Notes under the pieces: generated by a model | The model's input: the letters and a program-made list of their open reading frames with translations, nothing else | Databases searched by the model: none | What the model was told of the DNA's origin: nothing | Program-made: the position numbers and the translations under genes | In this document: positions 16,339 to 24,925 of the stretch, piece after piece | Position numbering within the stretch: position 1 is the first letter of the stretch | Layout: each line of letters opens with the position of its first letter | DNA from: Candidatus Berkelbacteria bacterium CG_4_10_14_0_2_um_filter_35_9_33_12 | GTDB taxonomy: Bacteria > Patescibacteriota > UBA1384 > GWA2-35-9 | DNA: 38,326 nt | Assembly (NCBI GenBank): GCA_002793435.1 | Contig: PFQF01000027.1 | Location: 1-38,326 of the forward strand | Direction of reading: 5' to 3'

Positions 16339-16446
16339 ATGTTTGGCGCTATAATGATACTGGATATTATTTGTTAGGTACTGTGTTACGCTAGGTGTTC
16401 TATGTTTGGTGCTATAATAATACTGGATATTATTTGTTAGGCACTA
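16339..16446. repeat. Two copies of a 45-bp direct repeat with a 63-bp period (4 mismatches)
   Basis: 16339-16383 reads atgtttggcgctataatgatactggatattatttgttaggtactg. 16402-16446 reads atgtttggtgctataataatactggatattatttgttaggcacta. Confidence 0.9.
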
Positions 16447-16512
16447 TAATAATTTGGTAATTTTTGGCATAATGTCAAATTTGGTAAAATTAGTTGATTT
16501 TATCAAAGATAA

Positions 16513-16552
16513 AGTTGTAATAAATGTTCCGTACGGAACATTTATTACAACT
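16513..16552. repeat. 40-bp perfect palindrome
   Basis: agttgtaataaatgttccgtacggaacatttattacaact equals its own reverse complement (checked base by base). Confidence 0.95.
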
Positions 16553-16717
16553 AATATTGGGTGTAAAATCTATGTAAAATCTAATTATTTGATTTATTTA
16601 TTTTACAAACAATTATAAAAATATTTTGTTCTAATAAATAATATGTACATTTTATTTTTATTATATTGTTATTAATATTATCGTAGTTAACAAGACATAC
16701 GTTTATATTAGTTGGGC

Positions 16718-16750
16718 TTGACAAATTGTAAAGGTTACTTTACAATTTGT
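16718..16750 (+). promoter_or_regulatory. Sigma-70-type groESL promoter (TTGACA-17-TACAAT) embedded in a 13-4-13 inverted repeat (operator-like)
   Basis: -35 TTGACA at 16718-16723, a 17-nt spacer, and -10 TACAAT at 16741-16746. The inverted repeat is acaaattgtaaag (16721-16733) and ctttacaatttgt (16738-16750). The groES RBS ggaggaagg is at 16779-16787. Confidence 0.55.
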
Positions 16751-16787
16751 TATTGTAGTATAAACTAATAATATATATGGAGGAAGG

Positions 16788-17072
16788 ATGAATATTCACC
16801 CATTGGGCGATCGAGTATTAGTCAAACCGATCAAGCAAGATGAAGTAACAAAATCAGGCATTGTGCTACCAGATAATGCACAAGAAAAATCACAAGAAGG
16901 AGAAATTTTGGCAGTCGGTATTGGAAAAATAGTTGATGGAAAATTGAGACCACTTGAAATAAAAAAAGGCGAACGAGTGCTTTATTCAAAATATAGCGGA
17001 GATGAAATACATATTGATAACGAGGAATTAAAAATAATTTCTGAATCTGATATTTTAGCAATCATTAAATAG
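16788..17072 (+). CDS. groES: Co-chaperonin GroES
   Basis: 94 aa. Typical sequence (IHPLGDRVLVKP..., KSGIVLPD, EGEILAVG). Directly precedes groEL. Confidence 0.97.
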   Translation: MNIHPLGDRVLVKPIKQDEVTKSGIVLPDNAQEKSQEGEILAVGIGKIVDGKLRPLEIKKGERVLYSKYSGDEIHIDNEELKIISESDILAIIK

Positions 17073-17077
17073 AATAG

Positions 17078-18718
<1,641 letters not shown>

Positions 18719-18720
18719 AC

Positions 18721-19209
18721 TCAAACTACACTTGCTTCAGCAAAATTATCACCTTTCAAGATTAGAGTATGACTTTTTTTGTCGTACTTATCAATTCGGC
18801 TAATTGGGACAATCCGTTCTTTAAACACACTCCGAACATAAATATTTACGGCTGACATAGTTTCAAGAGACAGCGAAACATCGATTACTTTGCCAATATA
18901 ATTTTTATTTATTCTAACTTTACAGCCTAAAAGAGGGTTTTTTAGAGTTTCTTTAGTACCGGCAATTTCATCAATATCAACGATATCTTTTTGGCTATTA
19001 GTTACCACCCCTTCTTTGTCAATACTCAAAATATCTCGGCTAGAAATAATTTTATTTTTTTTGCTTAAAAATTTTATTATTGTTAGACCAATAAATTTGC
19101 CATTTTCCGGGTCAATTAAAACTTTATCGACATCTGCGATTTTTATGCCATCTTCAAGACTAGCAATTTTTAAATTCTCTATCGAACTCGCAAGAATTAA
19201 ATTCAACAC
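18721..19209 (-). CDS. PRC-barrel domain protein (two PRC-like halves)
   Basis: The track ORF runs to 19230 (GTG). A GGAGG (complement of 19213-19217) is followed by in-frame GTG at 19209 and TTG at 19206, so the shorter start is preferred. The pattern G.KIADVDKVLIDPENGKFIGLTI and YIGKVIDVSLSLETMSAVNIYV resembles PRC barrels. Confidence 0.5.
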   Translation of the reverse strand: MLNLILASSIENLKIASLEDGIKIADVDKVLIDPENGKFIGLTIIKFLSKKNKIISSRDILSIDKEGVVTNSQKDIVDIDEIAGTKETLKNPLLGCKVRINKNYIGKVIDVSLSLETMSAVNIYVRSVFKERIVPISRIDKYDKKSHTLILKGDNFAEASVV

Positions 19210-19266
19210 TTTCCTCCTTTTTACTATCACTTGAAATTATATAACAATTCTTCAATTAGCACAAAA

Positions 19267-19827
19267 TTATTTTTTTCTTTCTGAATAGGCGCCGTTTTGA
19301 GTGTTGATGACAATTAGATCGTCTTTTTTAATAAACAGCGGGACTTGTATCACCGTACCGGTTTCAATTGTTACCGGTTTAGTGCCGGCTGATTGGCGAT
19401 CGCCCTTAAGACCAGGTTCAGCACTTATAACTTTTAAGGTAACTTTATCCGGCAAATTGATTGAAATCAATTTGCCTTCATAAAAAACACCGGTAATATT
19501 TTGTTCGGGTTTAATAAATTTTATTTTATTTTCAATTAGATCAGTTTGAATCGCAAATTGTTCAAAATCAGAATTATCCATAAAAAACGATTCATCATTA
19601 CTCGAGTACAAAAATTGAATATTTTTAGTTTGAATATCTGCTTCTTCAAATTTTTCGTTGCCTTTGATGTTTTGGTTGACGATTTTTCCGTTTAAAAGAT
19701 TTTTAATTTTTAGTTGTTGAATTCCACCTCCTCGTCCAAGCTTTAGATGATTTGATTCTAAAACTATCCAAGGTTCATCTTTATATTCAAACTTAGTCCC
19801 AACTTTAAGTTGTGCAATGCTTAACAT
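19267..19827 (-). CDS. efp: Elongation factor P
   Basis: 186 aa with three-domain EF-P colinearity (KVGTKFEYKDEPWIVLE..., EPGLKGDRQSAGTKPVTIETG). The loop tip reads KLGRGGG, with Arg at position 32. Confidence 0.95.
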   Translation of the reverse strand: MLSIAQLKVGTKFEYKDEPWIVLESNHLKLGRGGGIQQLKIKNLLNGKIVNQNIKGNEKFEEADIQTKNIQFLYSSNDESFFMDNSDFEQFAIQTDLIENKIKFIKPEQNITGVFYEGKLISINLPDKVTLKVISAEPGLKGDRQSAGTKPVTIETGTVIQVPLFIKKDDLIVINTQNGAYSERKK

Positions 19828-19831
19828 AAAA

Positions 19832-20041
19832 TTATCTTGAGATAAACGGCATTAGAGCTAAAAAACGAGCTCTTTTGATTGTTTTTGCTAGTTCTTTCTG
19901 ATGCTTAGAACAGACGCCAGAATATTTTTTGGCTTTTATTTTTGCCCAGTTAGTAGTGAATTTTTTTAAAAACAAACTATCAAAAATATCAATATTTTCA
20001 ATATTATGGCGACAAAAATAACATTTTTTTTGTATTTTCAT
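19832..20041 (-). CDS. rpsR: 30S ribosomal protein S18
   Basis: CYFC...IDIFD...LKKF....KI......G.C.KHQKELAKTIKRARFLALMP. It is part of the conserved rpsF-ssb-rpsR arrangement. Confidence 0.9.
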   Translation of the reverse strand: MKIQKKCYFCRHNIENIDIFDSLFLKKFTTNWAKIKAKKYSGVCSKHQKELAKTIKRARFLALMPFISR

Positions 20042-20054
20042 AATTTATTCAAAC

Positions 20055-20528
20055 TTAAAATGGAATATCGTCCAGATTTATTTCTTCGTTATTATCTTTC
20101 TCGTTAATTTTATCAGTAATTACATCGGGAGTAGTCGCATGAGTAGGAGAGGTACCTTGAGTTTTGTCGGCTGAGTAACTAAAACTGCTGGGCTCTCCTT
20201 TAGGCGTTAACGGAACAAAATTTTCGGTAATAATTTCAGTTTTATATCTTTTGCTTCCATCAGGTGCATCCCAACTTCTTGTTTTGAGTCGTCCCTCAAT
20301 ATAAATTTTTTGTCCCTTTTTGACAAATTGTGAAATTATTTCGGCTAATTTATTCCAAACCACCACATCATGAAATTCGGTATCTTCCTGTAGATCACCT
20401 TGTGCGTTTTTGTATTTTCGATTGGTGGCAACTGAAAAATTTGCGACTGGTTGACCGTTTGAAGTATAACGAACTTCCGGATCTTTAGTTAAGTTACCAA
20501 TAATTGTCGCTCTATTTAATGAAATCAT
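20055..20528 (-). CDS. ssb: Single-stranded DNA-binding protein
   Basis: OB-fold N-terminus (LNRATIIGNLTKDPEVRYTSNGQPVANFSVATN), a disordered linker, and an acidic tip ending DDIPF. Confidence 0.95.
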   Translation of the reverse strand: MISLNRATIIGNLTKDPEVRYTSNGQPVANFSVATNRKYKNAQGDLQEDTEFHDVVVWNKLAEIISQFVKKGQKIYIEGRLKTRSWDAPDGSKRYKTEIITENFVPLTPKGEPSSFSYSADKTQGTSPTHATTPDVITDKINEKDNNEEINLDDIPF

Positions 20529-20540
20529 GTTTATTCCTCT

Positions 20541-21035
20541 TTATTCCTCAAGTAATTTTTTTAATTTTTCGTCTAATTCGCTGATTTTTACCTTTTTTGT
20601 ATTTTTATTAACTTTTTTAGGTTTAGGTATCTTAGTTGCTTTTTTAACTTTTTTGATTTCTTTTTTAGGTTCTTCTTCTATTTTGTCAGTTTTTTCAATT
20701 TTTTTACTTATTTTTTTAATCGGCACTGGTCTTTGGGTTCTCTCCCTATCCTTATCTTTTTTCAAGTTACTTCTTTTACTTGAAAAGGTCAGGTATCTTA
20801 AACAAACATCTGTATCGTCAAGTTCTTTTTTTATCAAATTATAATTATCTATCTCAGTTGAAATTAACAAGTTAGTATAAAATCCAGATTCATTTTTCTT
20901 TATGGGATACGCAAAAACTCTTTGACCGACAAATATTTGGTCAATAATTTTAGCTTTTTTTTCAATTAGAGTAGCTAAATTTTTACTCTCTTCTTCATTA
21001 ATTGCAACCATAACAATTTCGTATTTCTTTTTCAT
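20541..21035 (-). CDS. rpsF: 30S ribosomal protein S6 with a Lys-rich C-terminal extension
   Basis: S6-like N-terminal roughly 90 aa (YEIVMVA...FAYPIKK...GFY), in the position upstream of ssb-rpsR. The C-terminal roughly 75 aa is K/E-rich low complexity. Confidence 0.8.
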   Translation of the reverse strand: MKKKYEIVMVAINEEESKNLATLIEKKAKIIDQIFVGQRVFAYPIKKNESGFYTNLLISTEIDNYNLIKKELDDTDVCLRYLTFSSKRSNLKKDKDRERTQRPVPIKKISKKIEKTDKIEEEPKKEIKKVKKATKIPKPKKVNKNTKKVKISELDEKLKKLLEE

Positions 21036-21079
21036 ACTAGAATAATATACTATAAAAATCTCTCGTGTGCAAGGGGCTT

Positions 21080-21277
21080 TTACTTTTCAGAAGTGTTAAA
21101 TATTGAAACTAAAGCTGCCAATCCAACTAAGGTATAAACGATACGAGGAATTACAGCTAACATATCACCACCACCGAGTAAATTAGCGACTAAATCCCAC
21201 TTAAAAATTCCAATCAATCCCCAGTTTAATGCACCAACAATAATCAACCAATACGCAACTGTATTTAAATTTTTCAC
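21080..21277 (-). CDS. DUF378-family small membrane protein (2 TM)
   Basis: The track ORF extends to 21406 (TTG). A strong GGAGGTGG (complement of 21283-21290) lies 5 nt before in-frame GTG at 21277. That gives a 65-aa product (MKNLNTVAYWLIIVGALNWGLIGIF...) of typical DUF378 size. Confidence 0.7.
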   Translation of the reverse strand: MKNLNTVAYWLIIVGALNWGLIGIFKWDLVANLLGGGDMLAVIPRIVYTLVGLAALVSIFNTSEK

Positions 21278-21520
21278 AAAAACCACCTCCTTCCAATTGA
21301 TTAAAAATATATTATCTAAACATATTATACAATATATCGGCGCTACCAGTATAAAGATGCTGGTTAAAATAGATAAAAATCGCCAACACAATGACGAAGG
21401 CAACAATTAACCAGATTTTTTGTTTTGCTTTCTTGGTCAGTTTCATATCAAATGACATTAATTTGACTTAGTGTGTTTTAATGATATAGTACTATTATAG
21501 ATTAAAATTATTTATTAAAG

Positions 21521-23515
21521 TTGGGGATAACTCTTTTTAAAACTGAAAAACAAAAAAAGCAGATTTTAATATCTCTGTTTGTTTTAATAATAGCACTAGC
21601 TGGTTTATTGGCTATTGTTAATCAATTTATTCTAAAAGCGGATACAGTCAACCAAAATTACTTCACTCAAGACCAGATAGGTGTGTATGGGTTAATGAAT
21701 AAAAAACAAGCTGATGAGTTGGGAGTTGAATGGACAAGACATCCATTGAAATGGGAAGATTATGAAACCAATAAAGTATTATTTGATCAATATTTTGAGC
21801 AAACTAAAGGAATGAAAATGAAAGTAATATTGACCGTTAGATCTGTTCATAGTCTTAAAACTAATTGTCCCTCGTGGGCGCCCAAAAGAGAGCTTAGCTG
21901 TCCGCCGAAAGACATAAAGGAGTACAAAGCATTTATTAGGGAGATTGTTCAGAAATATAAGAGTGTAGTAGCTGCGTGGCAGTTTGAAAACGAACCATTC
22001 TCTGGAGCTAGTCATTTTTGGGCAGAAGCAAAATTGGGACAAATAGATAGTTTAATCGAGTTAACAAAAACTGCTAGCGAGATTGTGAGAGAAGAGGATC
22101 CAGGGAAAATAATACTCTCTCCGAGCTTGGCTTTTGGTGGCAAGATTACTTTTGACGACCAGCTTAATCCTGATTTTAGTAATACATCAGCTTTGATAAC
22201 GAGAGCCTGGAAAGAAGCGATAGATCCAAATTTTCGTAGATTTACCAAAGAAAATTGTGGCTATTTTGATGCGGTGGATGTTCATCTCTACCATACCGTT
22301 GATTCAATCAAAAATAGAGTTAAATGGGTAAACAATGCTTTAAGCGCAAGCAATTGTAATGGTAAAGAGTTATGGACAACCGAAACCGCTGGTCCGCAGT
22401 TGGACAATATATCTCAAGCAGACAATACTTTTTATCAAGAACAGGCAGACGAAATACCCTTAAGGTTTAAGGCTCTATATGATGCTGGAATTAAAAGAGC
22501 AATTTATTTTCATTATAGGGATAATATTAAGGAGGGTGGAGATGTAATTTTTGCGACACTAGGATTAAAAGATGTTAATAATACTAATAAACCAGCTTTC
22601 TTAGCATTTAAGAATTATGTAGCAGGTTTATCTACTGTCACAACAACTGCAATTTTACCGCCCTCAACTCCATCAATACCACCTACTCATCCTGTTACAA
22701 CTATAACTACCAGATCGGTTACTACTACCACGACTCGACCTATTATCACTACTACCACAACTAAACCTGTAACTACTACCACAACTCGTCCTGTAACTAC
22801 TACCACAATTGTGCCAGCTACCACCACTCAAGCTCCAACCGTTCTGACTGCTCCCAATGTTGGTAATCACAAATCATACTATTATCTACCAGCTAACACT
22901 AACTTTACATTATCTACTACCATAGATTTCAAAGCTGGTTGGAATATGTTATCTTTCGGTTATATTCCAACCAGAGAAGCACTGCCAACTCTCTCTCCAT
23001 ACTCTGGTATCTTTACTTCCATTCCTTTAAACTTCAGAGTTGCCTATAAATATATATCTGCACTCAACAACTATCAAGACATCCTTTCAGAAAATTCAAT
23101 CCTACCTTTTGGTAATGCCGTTTGGGTCTATTCTCAAACTAACAGAACCGCTAAAGCCACTGATAATGTCTCTAAAATTCAATCTCTAAACACAATTCAA
23201 GCTGATGCAATTGAAATTCCCCTTAACTCAAATCCATATCCTTGGACAATGGTAGGTAATCCATATATCAAGGATATACCATTTGACGATTCTCATATAT
23301 TTATTAAACTTTCAAACGGTCAAATGACAAAAATATCAGATGCTCTAAACTCTGGCATTGTGGCTAAGTCTTGGGCGTTTGATTCGACAACCAACAACTA
23401 TCAAGAATTAGTTCCCAACACATCAATTTTACTTATTCATCAAGGTTTTTGGATAAAAACTAATCAAACTGGCGCTAAACTTTTGATTAGTCCGGTCGTG
23501 GTAAATCCAAGTTAG
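21521..23515 (+). CDS. Membrane-anchored/secreted clan GH-A (TIM-barrel) glycoside hydrolase-like protein with a Thr/Pro-rich linker and an unknown C-terminal domain
   Basis: TTG start and an N-terminal signal anchor. WQFENEPF is an NEP-type acid/base motif, and ELWTTETAG is a nucleophile-type TE motif. Then comes a TTTTTRP repeat linker and a roughly 230-aa C-terminal domain. Confidence 0.6.
   Translation: MGITLFKTEKQKKQILISLFVLIIALAGLLAIVNQFILKADTVNQNYFTQDQIGVYGLMNKKQADELGVEWTRHPLKWEDYETNKVLFDQYFEQTKGMKMKVILTVRSVHSLKTNCPSWAPKRELSCPPKDIKEYKAFIREIVQKYKSVVAAWQFENEPFSGASHFWAEAKLGQIDSLIELTKTASEIVREEDPGKIILSPSLAFGGKITFDDQLNPDFSNTSALITRAWKEAIDPNFRRFTKENCGYFDAVDVHLYHTVDSIKNRVKWVNNALSASNCNGKELWTTETAGPQLDNISQADNTFYQEQADEIPLRFKALYDAGIKRAIYFHYRDNIKEGGDVIFATLGLKDVNNTNKPAFLAFKNYVAGLSTVTTTAILPPSTPSIPPTHPVTTITTRSVTTTTTRPIITTTTTKPVTTTTTRPVTTTTIVPATTTQAPTVLTAPNVGNHKSYYYLPANTNFTLSTTIDFKAGWNMLSFGYIPTREALPTLSPYSGIFTSIPLNFRVAYKYISALNNYQDILSENSILPFGNAVWVYSQTNRTAKATDNVSKIQSLNTIQADAIEIPLNSNPYPWTMVGNPYIKDIPFDDSHIFIKLSNGQMTKISDALNSGIVAKSWAFDSTTNNYQELVPNTSILLIHQGFWIKTNQTGAKLLISPVVVNPS
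22694..22816. repeat. Five tandem 24/27-bp coding repeats (VTTTTTRP-type octapeptides)
   Basis: The units are gttacaactataactaccagatcg, gttactactaccacgactcgacct, attatcactactaccacaactaaacct, gtaactactaccacaactcgtcct and gtaactactaccacaattgtgcca. Confidence 0.9.
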
Positions 23516-23517
23516 AT

Positions 23518-24510
23518 CTAACTACTGACTCGAAAGTAGCAAATGTCATCTTCTTTGATGATGTAGTCTTTTCCTTCAAGACGCATTTTGCCGGCTTTTT
23601 TTGAACCCGATTCACCATTATATTTAATATAATCATTAAATGAAATAATTTCTGCTCGAATAAAATTCTTTTCAAAATCGGTGTGAATTACCCCCGCTGC
23701 TTGAGGCGCACTTGATCCGACTTTAGTTGTCCAAGCTCGAATTTCTTTTGGTCCTGCTGTATAAAATGTCATTAATCCAAGTTTTTGATATGCAATATTA
23801 ATTAATTGATTTAGTCCACTTTCTTTAATTCCAACACTATTTAATAAATCTTTTTTTTCATTTTCATCAACACCAATTAAATCTGTTTCGAGTTGAGCGT
23901 TGATGAGTAGTGTATCCTTAGGTAAACCGAAATCAGATGGACTATTATTAAGTTGGTTTTCGTCACAATTAGCCACAACAATTAGTGGTTTTTTCGATAA
24001 ATAGTCTTTGATTGACAAAGCGACTTCAGTGATTTTTTTATTTTTGGTTTTACCTTTTTCTTCTAATTGTAAATCAGCTAATTCTAATTCAGTCAAAATC
24101 GTTTCCATGTCTCTCTTAGGATCAATGTCATTTTCAACTAAAGTAATATTGCTGGATTCGAAAACTCGAAGAACCAAAACAATCACATTAACTGAGCGAA
24201 TATGACCTAAAAATTGGTTCCCCAAACCTTCACCCTTGTGAGCGTTTTTTACTAATCCGGCAATATCAACAAATTCAACTGTGGCAGGAACCACTTGTGG
24301 TGGTGAATTTAAATTATAGGATTTCGACTTTAGAATAACATCGAGTAAATCATATAATTTATTATCCGGCACTTGAACAATACCGGTGTTTGGTTCAATT
24401 GTACAAAAAAGATAATTGGCTGACTCTGCTTGTGCTTTCTGCACGAGCGCATTAAATAAAGTCGATTTACCGACGTTAGGCAGTCCAATAATTCCAACTT
24501 TAAGATTCAC
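23518..24510 (-). CDS. ychF: Ribosome-binding ATPase YchF (Obg-like)
   Basis: GTG start. G1 motif GLPNVGKSTLFNAL, DIAGLV, and a TGS-like C-terminus (TFYTAGPKEIRAWT...GVIHTDFEKNFIRAE). Confidence 0.93.
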   Translation of the reverse strand: MNLKVGIIGLPNVGKSTLFNALVQKAQAESANYLFCTIEPNTGIVQVPDNKLYDLLDVILKSKSYNLNSPPQVVPATVEFVDIAGLVKNAHKGEGLGNQFLGHIRSVNVIVLVLRVFESSNITLVENDIDPKRDMETILTELELADLQLEEKGKTKNKKITEVALSIKDYLSKKPLIVVANCDENQLNNSPSDFGLPKDTLLINAQLETDLIGVDENEKKDLLNSVGIKESGLNQLINIAYQKLGLMTFYTAGPKEIRAWTTKVGSSAPQAAGVIHTDFEKNFIRAEIISFNDYIKYNGESGSKKAGKMRLEGKDYIIKEDDICYFRVSS

Positions 24511-24553
24511 AATAGAGTAATTATAATCTATTTTATATAGAAATTCTAGAGAA

Positions 24554-24584
24554 CCGTACTACCACCCCCGGGGTAGTAGTACGG
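24554..24584. other. GC-rich stem-loop between ychF and the upstream small gene
   Basis: ccgtactaccacc (24554-24566) pairs with ggtagtagtacgg (24572-24584) with one mismatch. No clear U-tract on either strand. Confidence 0.4.
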
Positions 24585-24585
24585 G

Positions 24586-24897
24586 TTAAATCTCCATGTC
24601 GTCAATATTGGGTTGGACCGGTTGAGTTTGTGTGGTCGGATTATTTGAATTTAAATCTGTTTGAGTAGGCTGTGCAGAATGTTCCCCGGGCGAGAGAGGA
24701 GTGGAAGGAATAGCACGAGGTATATCATCTTGAGTTGGTATTTGACTAATTTTTTCTCTAATCTTATTAACCTCATGTAAATTATCTGGCTTTGAGCTTT
24801 CTACTGGTTTTTCAGAAACGGAATTAGTTTTTCCTAATTCATCTTTAACAATCTCCCTTATTAGATTTTTCAACTCGTCAATATTTTCAATTTCCAT
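24586..24897 (-). CDS. Hypothetical protein, Pro/Thr/Gln-rich C-terminal half
   Basis: ATG preceded by AAGGAG with a 5-nt spacer. No recognisable family. Confidence 0.5.
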   Translation of the reverse strand: MEIENIDELKNLIREIVKDELGKTNSVSEKPVESSKPDNLHEVNKIREKISQIPTQDDIPRAIPSTPLSPGEHSAQPTQTDLNSNNPTTQTQPVQPNIDDMEI

Positions 24898-24925
24898 AAT
24901 TTCTCCTTACTTAATTTACTATTTT

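Noticed and set aside
16339-16446. Possible CRISPR array or iteron set
   Set aside because: There are only two copies, the spacer between them is short (18 bp), and there are no cas genes. This is not CRISPR-like. It is retained as a finding in the form of a tandem duplication only.
16470-16484. 15-nt identity taatgtcaaatttgg shared with 38268-38282 (both would begin ORFs reading MSNL...)
   Set aside because: In an AT-rich 38-kb window, roughly one to a few 15-mer coincidences are expected by chance (rough estimate from my eyeballed base composition). There is no extended similarity beyond the 15 nt.
16472-16618. 48-codon ORF (MSNLVKLVDFIKDKVVINVPYGTFITTNIGCKIYVKSNYLIYLFYKQL) in the rnhA-groES spacer
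   Set aside because: It has no Shine-Dalgarno sequence. It spans the 40-bp perfect palindrome, which is more plausibly a DNA or RNA structural element. There is no family resemblance.
16277-16787. Canonical CIRCE element (TTAGCACTC-N9-GAGTGCTAA) upstream of groES
   Set aside because: It was not found by reading the spacer on either strand. The only promoter-overlapping inverted repeat has a different sequence (see the finding at 16718-16750).
20527-20844. 105-aa plus-strand ORF (Phe/Leu/Ser-rich) antisense to rpsF
   Set aside because: It is a low-complexity shadow of the Lys-rich (AAR) S6 tail read on the opposite strand. The conserved rpsF-ssb-rpsR arrangement supports the minus-strand gene.
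21278-21406. 43-codon hydrophobic N-terminal extension of the DUF378 ORF (TTG at 21406)
   Set aside because: A strong GGAGGTGG lies 5 nt before the internal GTG at 21277, and the resulting 65-aa product matches the usual family size. The longer form cannot be fully excluded.
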